From: Antedon mediterranea
Taxonomy: Eukaryota > Animalia > Echinodermata
DNA length: 64,000 nucleotides
NCBI RefSeq assembly: GCF_964355755.1
Contig: NC_092679.1
Span: 10,957,432-11,021,431, forward strand
Reading direction: 5' to 3'
In this document: positions 12,505 through 24,148 of the stretch, one piece after another
Numbering within the stretch: position 1 is the first letter of the stretch
How the letters are laid out: each line of letters opens with the position of its first letter
Notes under the pieces: generated by a model
Database searches by the model: none
Told to the model about the DNA's origin: nothing
Seen by the model: the letters and a program-made list of their open reading frames with translations, nothing else
Position numbers and translations under genes: made by a program

Positions 12505-13674
12505 GCTATTGTGTAGATTAAATTAGCAGAAATTGCTAAGTTATAAAAAATAAACAATGTAAAAATCGTAAAGATCGTTTTGAATAAAGTTCAGAGTGAA
12601 TTAGAATATGGTTTGATTTCTTTTATTTATACCTTCTAAAAAAAACATACGATATACAGAAACGGCATTTAAACTCCGAATTCCGAACGAATTGTAGAAC
12701 GTCATCCTATAGTAGTATCAAATTACCAAATATCGTCGACAGTGCAGTGACTATGGAAACATCAGCCTTTGTTCAATACACGCCGTGACTACCCTCGATA
12801 GGCGCGGAAGTCTGGCGCGGTTCCACAAAGGCTTTACCAGGGAGTTGTTACAACTCTTTACGCTTTACTACCGTTACGTGTCATTTTACTCGATTTCCCA
12901 CGCCTATGTTTTCAGTACTGTATGTTTTTTTAGTGGCTACAGTTAGTAGGCCTACTTGAATTTCTGAAAAACATCGTAACTACGAATTCATTTTTTTTTA
13001 TTAATCTGTTGAACTTAATATTTAGGTATAATAATGTCCTTGAAATTTTAAAATGTTGACATTGAATGTCCTTGAAATGTCCTGGAATTTTACTAGCTCA
13101 CAGGTGTACGAACCCTGAAAGTACTTCAGCTTCGTCGGATTCAATATCTGAACGCCGGTTAAACGCGATGTCATCCCTTATATACGTACATACGCCACCG
13201 CCTTTGCGGTCGCGATCTCTTCGTAGAACTGAGTAACCTTCAATTTTAATTTCGTTGTCAGATACCGAATCATCAATCCATGTTTCGCTAATGGAGATAA
13301 TACCAGCTTTACTTTTATATGCAATATCGCGCAGTTCCGGTAGTTTGGGGATTATTGATCTAGAATGTGTATTCCTTTCTATTTAAACCGCGTGAAGTCT
13401 TCAGGAGCGACGTTATATAATGGGGGTGGCGTTCTTAATCCTATGTCATCGTTATGATTTCCACAGGAATCAAATGAGAGATGTTTCCAGCTGCATTCCA
13501 CGCATACATAATTAAATTCAGTATTGTTGTTTACAATGTACTTGTATCTTTTGGGCGTCATGAAACCATCAGTACACTTTATATGAGTCCACTTATTACA
13601 CTCATCACACGATATGGCTCTGCTTCTGGTAGTGACGCGCCGTTGACATTTACCACAACAATTGTTTGATACAC

Positions 13675-13701
13675 TGGTCCAGGATTGGATTCGATGTCAC
13701 C
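13675..13701 (-). other. 2A-like ribosomal skipping motif GDIESNPG|P
   Basis: LIICLLWCGDIESNPGP in ORF 13579-14046 matches D(V/I)ExNPGP, just upstream of the LINE PHD finger. Confidence 0.85.
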
Positions 13702-15032
13702 ACACCATAGTAAGCAGATAATTAAAGTTCTACATGCAAGCTGTCTGGGGTTCCGATGAAAATTATAATCATAATGCGAGAATTTTTTGGTTGATGTAAA
13801 TAGGTACGTATAACACTCACCGACTGCATTCTTGAAATCTTTCGATGTATGGTTATCCAGATAAATTGAAGAAGGGCATAACTTATGAATGACTTGTTCA
13901 TGTTCAGGATGATGGTGTGATCTTTTCAACAACATAACATATAGCGACAGCGCCAGAAAAATACCATTCATACTTCCCGCCATATGTATCCTTATACACA
14001 AATAGAAAGGAAAAGTACACTCACCAATTGTGCTTGACGAAAACAAAGGCCAGCACGTCCTCGTTCTGCAGTGGAATGTATCGAGTTATGCGGTAACAAA
14101 ATCCCAGGTGGTCATGGAATGCAAGTGAATTCGCTTCGTCGTTTGGTTGTTAAAAGTCAATGGCTAGATTCTTAGTTAGTACCCTTATCCAATGATCAGC
14201 AGGGTTACCAAAATGAAAAACATCACAGATACACAATCAATCGAAATACAATTACAGAATTCAAACTTTCACTGTAAAACTACCGGTATAATACAAACAA
14301 TCAAAACTAAAAAAATAGCAGGTTAAACTGTAATAAAACTTGTTCAGGTATGGCATAAAATAGCGTTAAAATTGTGATAGCGAATTAATTCCAGTCATAG
14401 CTCAGGCCGGTTGCCATAAGTCATCGGCATCTACTGTAGTCCCCTTTACAATCAATGGTGGAGGCGAGAATATTTGAGTTGAAAGCAACTATCGGGTCCT
14501 AGCGGAGCTCGCTCTTAACACGACCGTTCTGGACGAAGGTGCATACAGGTATGATAATAACATGTGATAATTAATAACAATCATTACATATCATAACCAT
14601 TTTGATGATTATTATTACATATAACAGTTTTTATCGTATTCAAACTAAATTAAGCTTGAGTCATTCTGTGACAAAACGACGTAACTAGTTTTTGAGAAAA
14701 TGTATAGTCATGTGATAATCAACATTTCAAAATTTAAATATAAGTATAAGTAGTAAAGTAAAGTGATATGTCCTCTTTACAGTAACAGACAGTTATTACA
14801 CTACCGTATTAGAAAAACATTGTAACCCATTAAAAAAAATAATTGGAGGCCAATTTCACTGCTAAATTTATGACTACAAAATTGCTTCTAAAGTGTTGTC
14901 CTCTATAATCAGTCAGTAATTTATTAGTTAGTTATTACGTATACAACGATTTCCCAACGTGTCTGTCTTTATGATGTGCTTCCATTTTCTGTTTCTATGG
15001 CTAAAGGCGGGTTTCCATCGGGCGCGGTAACG

Positions 15033-16395
15033 GTAGCCTTAGGAGTGACAAAATTAAATGTTGTACCCCTGGTGAAATGGTTATGATGATCAGAAATTAA
15101 CAAAAAGTTATCCTTAAGGAAAGAAGGCGTATTAAAGTTATAACGAATTTTGTGAACATAATTTAATCTTAAAAACTTATTTCTGAGGCTGACATTAAGA
15201 AACCCAAGATCGGAAAGCTCTTTGGCACCTATGTGAGACCTCGGACCAACATTTAAAATGAAACGTGCCATCTTGTTTTGGGCAGTTTGTAATTTATGTT
15301 TAAGATTCTTATTGACACCGCCGTACCATGCCGAGGCAGAATAGTCAAATGTACATTGTATTAAAGCAGTGCTTAATAGTTTACGACATTTTTTAATCAA
15401 GCACGAACTTTGCCTATGTAAAAACTTCAACCTTGACTTAAGTTTACTGATTAACACTAGTTGCAATAATATCACATGATACATATTGGTCTAAATCAAT
15501 ACCCAAATATTTAACTTGCTTAGTACTTTTGATTCTACGGCCCATTAATTCTACAGAAAACTCTTTAACTTTGTTAAGCTTCGCTCTGCTACCAAAGATA
15601 ATACTTTCGGTTTTGCCAACATGTAAAGATAATTTGTTTTCAGTTAACCAGTCCTGGCACTTAGCTAGGACAGTACTTAATTTATGAGCGATTTTGGTGG
15701 CATCGTGATGAGAATACAGAATCGTAGAATCATCAGCATAAAGCAATAATTGAACATCAGAATCAATACAAGAAGCAATATCATTTAAATAACATAGAAA
15801 AAGAATAGGGCCCAAGATGCTACCTTGCGGTACACCATGAGTAACTATAAGAGGTTCAGAGCAGGTACCATTCACACTGACAACTTGTATGCGGTTAGCG
15901 AGATAAGATTGAAACCAGTCAGTACACTTAAAACCCATGCATTTTAGCTTGTTAATTAAAATTACATGATCGACGGTATCGAAAGCTTTTTGTAAGTCAA
16001 TTAGAACCATTCCAGTAAAAAGGCCTTTGGACTTATTGTTTTTTAAACCGTCGATGAGATTTATGAGGTTGCTTTCAGTTGAATGGGCCTGCCGAAAACC
16101 GGATTGATAGGCATAAAGTATATTATTTTTGGAAAGATACCTTTCAAGTTTCAACTTGTATAGCTACAGATTTTTCAAGAATCTTAGATACCGTAGGCAG
16201 AATACTAATCGGCCGATAATTCTCAACACTTGTTCTAGTATTTTTCTTAAATAGAGGGGTAACTTTAGCAGTTTTAAGATCATGAGGAAAACAATTAGTT
16301 TTAAACGAAAGGTTAATGATATGAGCTATCGGTTCAGCCAAGATTATCGCACCGTCACGTAAAAATCTTGAAGGAATATTATCTAGACCGACGCT
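15033..16395 (-). mobile_element. CR1/L2-group LINE RT fragment, related to the 6386-14535 LINE
   Basis: YRPISILP, DLQKAFDTVDH, GVPQGSILGP, LYADD and KYLG in ORFs 14969-16527. Confidence 0.9.
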
Positions 16396-16940
16396 AGGAT
16401 TGCCTGCTTTGTGGATTTTAGGTAGGAAATAAAATCTGCCTGGAACTGGATTGACCTGTGCCAAATGAGGTCCAATCTTAGGATCGATGGAGTGTTTTTT
16501 TATCATCACAGAAACAGATTTGGCCACCTTATTTCCGGGGCGGGATCTGTTGTAAGTTTACGATAATGAAGAGGATTGTTTAGCTGTCTTAAGGACTTCT
16601 CTTCATAAAATTTGATGTCCATAGCAACAGTGACAGAACCTTTATCAGCGGGTTTAATGATGATATCATTACGCTGACGCAATTTAGCAATGGCCTGCCT
16701 CTCTTGTTTTAAGAGATTGTCACATTTATCTGGTTTTGGACATCCTCCTCAATAGCCTGAATAAATGTTTCTAAAGCTGGACAACGATTTTTACATGGAT
16801 TCCAGGAACTTTTTGGTTTAAATTTGTTAACGTTGCCTTCGTTTTGCGTGGTGCTGCTGTCTGAATCAGCAAAACATTCACGTAATTGTAATCTTCTGGA
16901 GAAAGACTCCATATCCAAAGATAGTTTTTGTCTTGGTTTT
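16396..16940 (-). mobile_element. Penelope-like element, N-terminal fragment
   Basis: FSRRLQLRECF, FKPKSSW, DIIIKPADKGS and PGRFYFLPKIHK. Confidence 0.85.
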
Positions 16941-16959
16941 GGGCAGAATTTAAGTCCTC

Positions 16960-17280
16960 GGGAAAGAGAACATTGTTCCTATTTATAAAAAGGACGATAA
17001 GTCGCAATTAAAAAATGACAGGCCTGTCGCATTGACATCACTGTTTGGTAACACCCTTAAAAGTCTTGTGATGGAGGATCTAACTAAACACCTTAATGAA
17101 TTTGGCCTTATGTACAACTGACGATTCGCTACTTGCCGAAGCAACTACTTCGTGGACCCTTGGTCTTGATAGAGATGCTGTGCGTATCTATGTGGTCTCT
17201 TTTGATTATTCCCGTGCATTTGATTTCGATATCTCATAACATCCTTACAACCAAGCTGGAGCGAACGTATGGTATCTCAG
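16960..17280 (+). mobile_element. Decayed LINE RT fragment
   Basis: NIVPIYKKDDKSQLKNDRPVALTS...DYSRAFD..SHNILTTKLE..YGIS. Confidence 0.75.
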
Positions 17281-19078
17281 TTGTGGCAGTTATAAGACAA
17301 GAAATGGACGTCGAATTTGACAAGGTCTTTTTCTGGACAGACAGTATGATAGTTTTGAATTACATTCATAATAGAAATACGAGACTCAGTGTGTTCGTGG
17401 CCAACCGGCTACGCATGATTCATGAGGGCTCGGAACTTAATCAATGGTGTCATGTTAGGAGTAAAACCAATCTAGCTGACCTTGCATCTAATAAATGAGG
17501 ATGAGGTTGCTATGTGGCTATGAGATCCGTCGGAATGGCCACAGCTATTTCAAGGTAGTCCATTGAAAATTGATGATCCTGACGTAAAGGAAGTCTTTAC
17601 GGTAGTAGAACAAAACCGTTGGATGAATGATCTGATTAAGCGGTACTCTTCCTATCACAAACTAAAGAAGGCAGTCGTATGGTGGACTAAATTTATAGGT
17701 TACTTGTCCCACAAATCCGTAACACCAATAATAACAGCAACTGAAATGGAACAGGCCGAGATCAGATATGTACAGGAAGAGTTTTTCAACGAAGAGATTG
17801 ATGCGTTGAAGGGCCAAAGGGATGTGAAGAAAACTAGTTGCCTTGCAAAATTAAACCCGACCTTGGATAAATGTGTGCTAAAGGTTGGAGGGAGATTGAA
17901 GAATTCGGAGTTGGACGAAAATGCCAAGCATCCAATTGTATTGCCGAAGCATCGTCTTTCAGAGGTGATAATTAACGAGGTTCACAAGCGCACAGGTCAT
18001 TGTGGCAGGAATCAGTTAATTAACGAGGTGCGAAAGAAATTTAGGATTGTCACGCTTCCATCGGTTGCGAAAGCATGTGTTACGAGATGTGTCACTTGCA
18101 GAAGATACCAAAGAAAATCCGAAGAACAGCAGATGGCCGACCTTCCATCTAGCAGAGTATCCACAGGGAGTAGACTATTTGCTCATACAGACAGGCATCG
18201 ACTATTTTGGCCTGTTTGAGATAAAACGAGGACACTCAGTATTGAATCGATATGGTGTATTGTTTACATGTTTTACAACCAGAGCCGTACACTTAGAGGC
18301 AGCCCAATCTTTGACAGATTCATGCATAAATGCATTGAGGTTTCTGGCTAGACGCGGTCATGGCGTCAAGACCATTACTTCAGATAACGGAACAAATTTG
18401 GTAGGCGCAAGGACCGAATTGCGACAGGCCCTTAACAGTTTTGAACATGACAAGGTTCAGGAGAAGATGTTAGCAAACAGTATTGATTGGAAGTTTAACC
18501 CTCCAGCGGCATCACATTTTGGAGGCATATGGGAATGTTTAATAAGATCATCACGAAAGGTGTTATACGGTGTATTGAAGGAACAACCGTTAAGGCTTGA
18601 CGATGAAGGGCTTTGCACTCTGTTTTGTGAAGCAGAGAATATTCTGAATAGTCGCTCACTTACTATCAATCAGGACACGCCGGATGATTTTGAACCATTA
18701 ACCCCCAATCATTTGTTAATTGGAGCTAACGTAGCAGGCTATGCACCAGGAGTATTTGTCAAAAAAGACATAGTTAAAAGATGGAGGCAAATACAATACC
18801 TTACGGATTTGTTTTGGAGGGGTAGGAAAAACAAATATCTAACAACATTTCAAGAATGACAGCGATGGCACCGGTTAAGGAAAAACATAAGTGTCGGAGA
18901 TGTTGTAATACTGAAGGATAATTGTCCAAGAGGGCATTGGCCTATGGCTAAAGTGGAGTCAGTCTTCATTGGAGACAACAGTGTTGTCAGAGCATGCAAG
19001 GTAAAAACCCAAACGTCAACTTTGGTTAGACCTATTACCAAGGTTGTGCTACTGCTTGAAGCAGATGGAGAGGTGTAA
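17281..19078 (+). mobile_element. BEL/Pao LTR retrotransposon pol 3' half (RNase H, integrase, C-terminal domain), frameshifted
   Basis: FWTDSMIVL, VFVANRL, NLADLAS, VGGRL, H..GH..C..C, QMADLP, GIDYFG, SDNGTN, ASHFGGIWE, LTPNHLL and RPITKV. Confidence 0.92.
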
Positions 19079-19249
19079 ATTGTAGAAATTGCTTAGAAGA
19101 TAATCCAATTATATTGCCTTTAATTATTGTTTTGTTTAAGATATGGATTATATGTTACTAAACTTTATCAGTGTATTTATCAGTATATTGTGTGTAGTCT
19201 TGTTGTTGTCTACCTGAATCTAACTCCGTGAACAGAGGTTGTAACACCA

Positions 19250-21293
19250 GAGGCTAAGTACACAGGTAATACTGGCAAGATGCAATGCTATAAATGCAAT
19301 GGAACTGGACATTTGCCCAGCAAGTGCAAATTCTTAAAGGCAGACTGCCGATTCTGTGGCAAACAAGGCCACATACAGGTCGCATATGCAGAGCAAAACG
19401 TCGAACCGCAGGAAAGCTGAACACCACAGCAAAACAAAAACAGAAAAAGTTCCAAAATCAAACCCAAGAAAGGTCCATACAGTCGATACCGACAGTGATA
19501 ATGAGCATCTATTCAGATTGGATGAAATAAACAAAGTTTCTTCTTATCATAAGGCAATATGGATAAAGCCAACAATTAACAACGTGGAAGTGGAAATGGA
19601 AGTAGACACGGGATCCGGACTGTCGATTATGTCAACAAAAGACTGGGAGCGGTATTTTCCGAACACACGATTGGAATCATGCACCCAAGTCTTCAAAACG
19701 TATTTTGGTGAACGTACAAAAGCGAGTGGCCAGCTCAGCGTGAATATAATGTACAATGAACAGCAACATAAAGGCAACTTACATATTGTCGACCATGGTG
19801 GCCCTCCACTATTTGGTAGAGAATGGTTGCAAGCAATTAAGCTACCATGGAGTAATTTGTTCCACGTAAAATCTAATGTTGCTATCACACAAGCCAAGAT
19901 CGATGTTATGATCAGGAAATTCCCGACGCTACTAACCAATAAGGTGAGGCTGCTGAAGAATAAAAAAGGAAAGCTATCGCTAAAGAAAATGCAACGCCCA
20001 TATTTTGCAAAGCTAGAAATGTCCCCTATGCGTTGAAACCGCTTGTGGAGGTAGAATTAAAACGTCTGCAAGAGGAGGGTATCATATCCCCAGTGGTCTT
20101 CAGCGAATGGGCAACTCCTGTTGTCCCTGTAGTTAAAGCAGACAAAACAATACGGCTATGCGGAGATTACAAGACTACGCTGAATAAGTACTTAAAGCCT
20201 GACAGGTACCCACTACCCAAAATCGAGGACATTTTTGCAAAGCTATCAAATGGAGAATAATTCAGTAAACTCGACCTCAAAAACTCTTACCAGCATTTGG
20301 AAATGGAAGATAAGGCAAAGAGCTACTAACCATCAACACACATAAAGGACTATTCAAAGTAATCTTGGATGATATGATCATCACAGGAAGGACAGATGAG
20401 GAACATCTAAAAAATCTAGAGCGAGTGCTAACGCAACTAAATAATCATGGCCTCAGCCTTAACAAAAGCCAAATCATGCGCAGGTTGCCAGCTACCGCAA
20501 AAGGAAGCACCCAAGGCACCCCTACATCCGTGGGAGTGGCCGGACAATGTTTTTGACCGCATTCACATAGACTACTACGCAGGACCGTTAGATGGTATGA
20601 TGTACTTGGTGGTGGTTGATGCCCATTCTAAATGGCCAGAGGTACTGGCAACCAAAGAAAGTACATCGTCGCAAACAATCACATTATTGTGAGGATTACC
20701 CAAGCAATTAGTATCTGATAACGGACCTCAATTTACATCAAAAGAATTCCAAGAATTTATGAAAATGAACGGTATCCGACACATCAGATCTGCGCCAAAT
20801 CATCCCGCTACCAATGGTTTAGCCGAAAGATTCGTTCAGTCATTCAAGGCAGCACTAAAATCGGCTAAAGGAGAAACACATTCTAAACAAATTAAGCTAG
20901 CCAACTTCCTACTCGCATATCGTAACGCACCGCATGCAACAACTGATGCAAGCTTAGCGAAATTGTTCTATGGCAGAGACCTTCGCACAAGACTGGACAT
21001 CATGCGACCTGACATGCAACAACGCGTTATGCAGAGACAAAGTAAACAGAGAGTAAGCCAGGGTAAAGAAAGAAACCTTGATATTGGGCAGAAGGTAGCT
21101 GCACGAGACTACCGCGGTAAAGATAAATGGATCGTGGGTGAGGTGATAGCGAAGCGTCAAAATATAGTGCGCCCCCCCCCCCCTCGCTTAAACAAGTAAC
21201 GAACTTTTGCGTGGGATTGAGAAGTCGCGCCAAAGTTTGTATGGTTAAGAAACAATGAATGAAAAGAGAAAAAGTGGAGGGATGTACTGTGCT
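19250..21293 (+). mobile_element. Gypsy LTR retrotransposon remnant (zinc knuckles, protease, partial RT, integrase), heavily deleted
   Basis: CYKCNGTGH, CRFCGKQGH, VDTGS, WATPVVPV, RLCGDYK, VDAHSKWPEV, SDNGPQF and TNGLAERFV. A polypurine tract at 21266-21282 is followed by an LTR start TGTACTGTGCT at 21283. Confidence 0.88.
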
Positions 21294-21463
21294 TGTCACA
21301 TATCTATCTATATCAAATATATGTGTGTATGACGTCACAGTCGGGAGTTCCCAGAATGCTTGGAAATAAAGTTACACTCTCTCTCTCATTGATCTCATAT
21401 AGTCGTCTGTCATTTTATTTCTTGCAACTAATAATTGCAATATATACGTTTAACAACGTCACA
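21294..21463 (+). repeat. 5' LTR of a second Gypsy element
   Basis: TGTCACA...GTCACA. Matches 26107-26124 plus 30274-30406 with about 2 substitutions and one CT indel. Confidence 0.93.
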
Positions 21464-21478
21464 TGGTGTCAGAAGTGG
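21464..21478 (+). promoter_or_regulatory. Primer binding site, complementary to a tRNA-Leu 3' end
   Basis: TGGTGTCAGAAGTGG immediately after the LTR. Confidence 0.85.
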
Positions 21479-21842
21479 TGCATTTTATTGTGTAAAATAA
21501 TTTGCAATGGAATCATTCAGGTTTAAAACCCCTGAAAGTTTTGATTTTGATGGGCCAAGCATTTCCACGCAGTGGAAACGATGGAAGCAGCGCTTCGATT
21601 TATTCATGACAGCCACCGATTCAAACGGCAAGGGCGATAAAACGAAAATAGCGATCCTGCTCACGGTACTCGAAAAACGAGGGCTTGAAATTTTCAACAA
21701 TTTTACATATGTTGAGGGTGAGTCAAAAGATAATTATGACAATGTATTAACCAAGTTTGAGAACTACTGTAAAAAGAGAGATCCAGTCATGGCCATGCGA
21801 GCCAAATTTTGGTCGTATCAACGACCAGAAGGGCAAGGTTAA

Positions 21843-24125
21843 AGCTGCTTTCACATCGCGCCCGGATTCGGTCCGGCGCCGTGAGAAAATATCGCGAGCG
21901 TTGAGCGCGCTTTCACATCGAGCACGAATTCGGTTGTTCGTGTCACGTACGTTTATTTTGAATTCAACCAAGTGGAACCAACATTGCAATTTTTGCAATG
22001 GAAATCTTTGACAGCGATAGCGATGATCTTGCAAAGCTTAGCCTCTGGCTAAACAAAAAACGCGAACGACAATGGGTCAACATTGTCAATAAAAAAAGAA
22101 AGACGCATGGTCAGTTCGAAACTTTAGTCAGAGAAGATCTTGAAGTGGATCCCGACAAATTTTTTAATTTCTTTAGGTAAGTCTCTAGGCTAACTTATCT
22201 ACTGTTTAGTGTGTGTGTCGATGTCATGAACTTAATTGTTAATTATAGCCTAGTCCGACGGTCAATTGCAACAATATTATGTCATGAGTTTTTTCCGTTA
22301 TCTTTTTAACTGAATGTGAATAGTTTTTATAATGATAATGATTTGAGCTTAATCTTAACTAGGCCTAGGCCTATATATATTGTCGCGTTAAGTTCTTTGT
22401 TAGTTAGGCCTTACATTTTTCAAACTTAGTGTTTATGATATAGGCCTATGTTAGGCCTATACATTGTGTGTCAATGGAAGGAAATAAATGAATGAACAGG
22501 GTAGACGATTAGGCCTACAATGTCATAAGCTTATTAGTTTTTGTAACCTGTAACACCTATTATTGTAGGCCATATAAAATCTACTAAAATATTGATTTCT
22601 GTTGATATTACAACTTGTCTGACTGACTTACTGCATTCATCATTTTTATGTTTTTATTCTCTTCCAGAATGACTGTTCAATTTGAGATATTATTTGATTT
22701 AATTAAGGATGACATCTCAAAAACAGATACAAATTTCAGAAAGAGCATCACACCCAGAGAGCGCCTAGCAATATGTCTAAGGTACGTAAGATTTGATTCT
22801 GCTAGTAGTGCAATTTTTATTGACCTAATATACTGCTCCAAGTGTGTACTAGCCTATAGTAAAACATGATACGATATAGAAAGCCATGTGGGTAACACCT
22901 CGCATCTTTATTAAGTGATGCGCACGATACTTAAACCTTTGTAATAAAAAAAAAAACCCAATGTCAATGTTTAGTGCTTATGAAGAGCCGCGCTAATAAG
23001 TAGGACATTTATGATAATTGAACACATAGAAAAAAGGCGTTTTTATGCAGACCTACATTGAGTTTATATATTTTTTGTATATCTTTCTCTAGATTCCTTG
23101 CCTCAGGAGACAGTTATACCTCTCTGCATTACAATTTCCGTGTAGGAATTAGCACAATAAGCGCGATAGTCTTGGAGGTGGCAGATGCTATCTGGAAAAA
23201 ACTCCAACCAGTATATATGGCCCCGCCTACTAAAGATGAATGGGCCGACATATCAGCCGATTTTGAAAGACGGTGGAATTTCCCAAACTGCGTCGGAGCC
23301 ATTGACGGGAAGCACGTAACAATCAAAGCCCCTGGCAATTCTGGTTCCCTATTTTATAACTACAAGGGAACCTACTTCATTGTGTTAATGGCCTTAGTAG
23401 ATGCAAATTACAATTTCATCTGTGTAGACGTTGGCAACTATGGTTCTAGCAGTGATGGAGGAATTTTCTCTAGAATGCAATTAAAAATTGCTTTAGAAGA
23501 AAATACTTTAGGCATACCACCACCTAAAGTTTTACCAGATATGCCAGAGTTGGGTCCAGTGCCCCATGTGATTGTAGGGGATGAAGCATTCCCCCTCAAA
23601 ACAAACGTCATGAGACCATACCCAGGTAATAAGACAGACTGATTTTTATTTTATTATTTATTGCGGTGGCAGGTCTAAAAAAATATAGCAATACTTTGTT
23701 GACACCAACACATCATAAAGAATTATTAAATAGAATTATTTATATTTCAGGTAAAAAACTTGACAGAAAAAAAAGGATATACAACTACCGCCACAGCCGT
23801 GCTAGGCGAATCTCTGAAAATGTCTTTGGCATCCTGGCCAACAAGTTTCGCATTTTTCATCGTAAGCTGGAGCTGAAGCTGAAGCCGGCCAACGTGGACA
23901 AAGTTGTACTGTGTGCAACAGTCCTGCATAATTTTATACGTAAAACGGGGCCAACACCAATGGGGTCAGATGATCCAGATATATCATCAATAGAATCAGT
24001 AGAAGGCCTACTCAGTTTGGAGCACAGTGGGTTCCACAGTAGCAAAGACGCTATTGACGTCCGAGAAAAACTGTGTAAATGGTTCAGTTCTGATGTTGGT
24101 ATTGTCTCGTGGCAGGACCGAATAT
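21843..24125 (+). mobile_element. PIF/Harbinger transposon, left half only
   Basis: Begins AGCTGCTTTCACAT after a TAA target in gag. No matching right TIR was found, and the sequence switches to Gypsy pol at about 24118-24126. Confidence 0.85.
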
Positions 24126-24148
24126 GTCTACCATCAGCGGTCCTATGA
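21998..24148 (+). CDS. Harbinger (HARBI1/ALP1-like) DDE transposase, four exons (21998-22176, 22668-22781, 23093-23625, 23751-24148), 407 aa, open
   Basis: FFR|MT, ERLAICLR|FLASG, FPNCVGAIDGKH, YNYKG, VGDEAFPL, MRPYP|G, RARRISENVFG and LHNF. All three GT-AG introns are phase-compatible. Confidence 0.88.

Larger units (their letters stand above)
9264..13117 (+). mobile_element. Autonomous hAT transposon with a 5-bp TSD (hAT5-type)
   Basis: 12-bp TIR CAGGGTTCGTAC/GTACGAACCCTG. TSD AAAGT at 9259-9263 and 13118-13122. Subterminal GTCCTTGAAA repeats at both ends. Confidence 0.92.
6386..14535 (-). mobile_element. Near full-length CR1/L2-group LINE (2A-PHD-APE-RT), decayed, interrupted by a hAT at 9264-13117
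   Basis: ORF pieces show GDIESNPGP, a PHD finger, ISETW, GDFNI, LDHIL, SDH, YRPISIL, KAFDTVDH, GVPQGSILGP and KYLG. The 3' tail is AATAAA-(GAAA)n near 6386-6405. The frame AEVL|WIELNLPKTKP rejoins across the hAT. Confidence 0.93.

Noticed and set aside
16144-16527. Novel Penelope-LINE fusion protein
   Set aside because: A chance in-frame junction of two decayed fragments with no start context.
21464-21478. tRNA gene
   Set aside because: Only a 15-nt primer binding site with no cloverleaf. The same applies to 34349.
21998-24148. Domesticated HARBI1 gene
   Set aside because: It has a left TIR with a TAA target inside Gypsy gag, so it is a transposon insertion.
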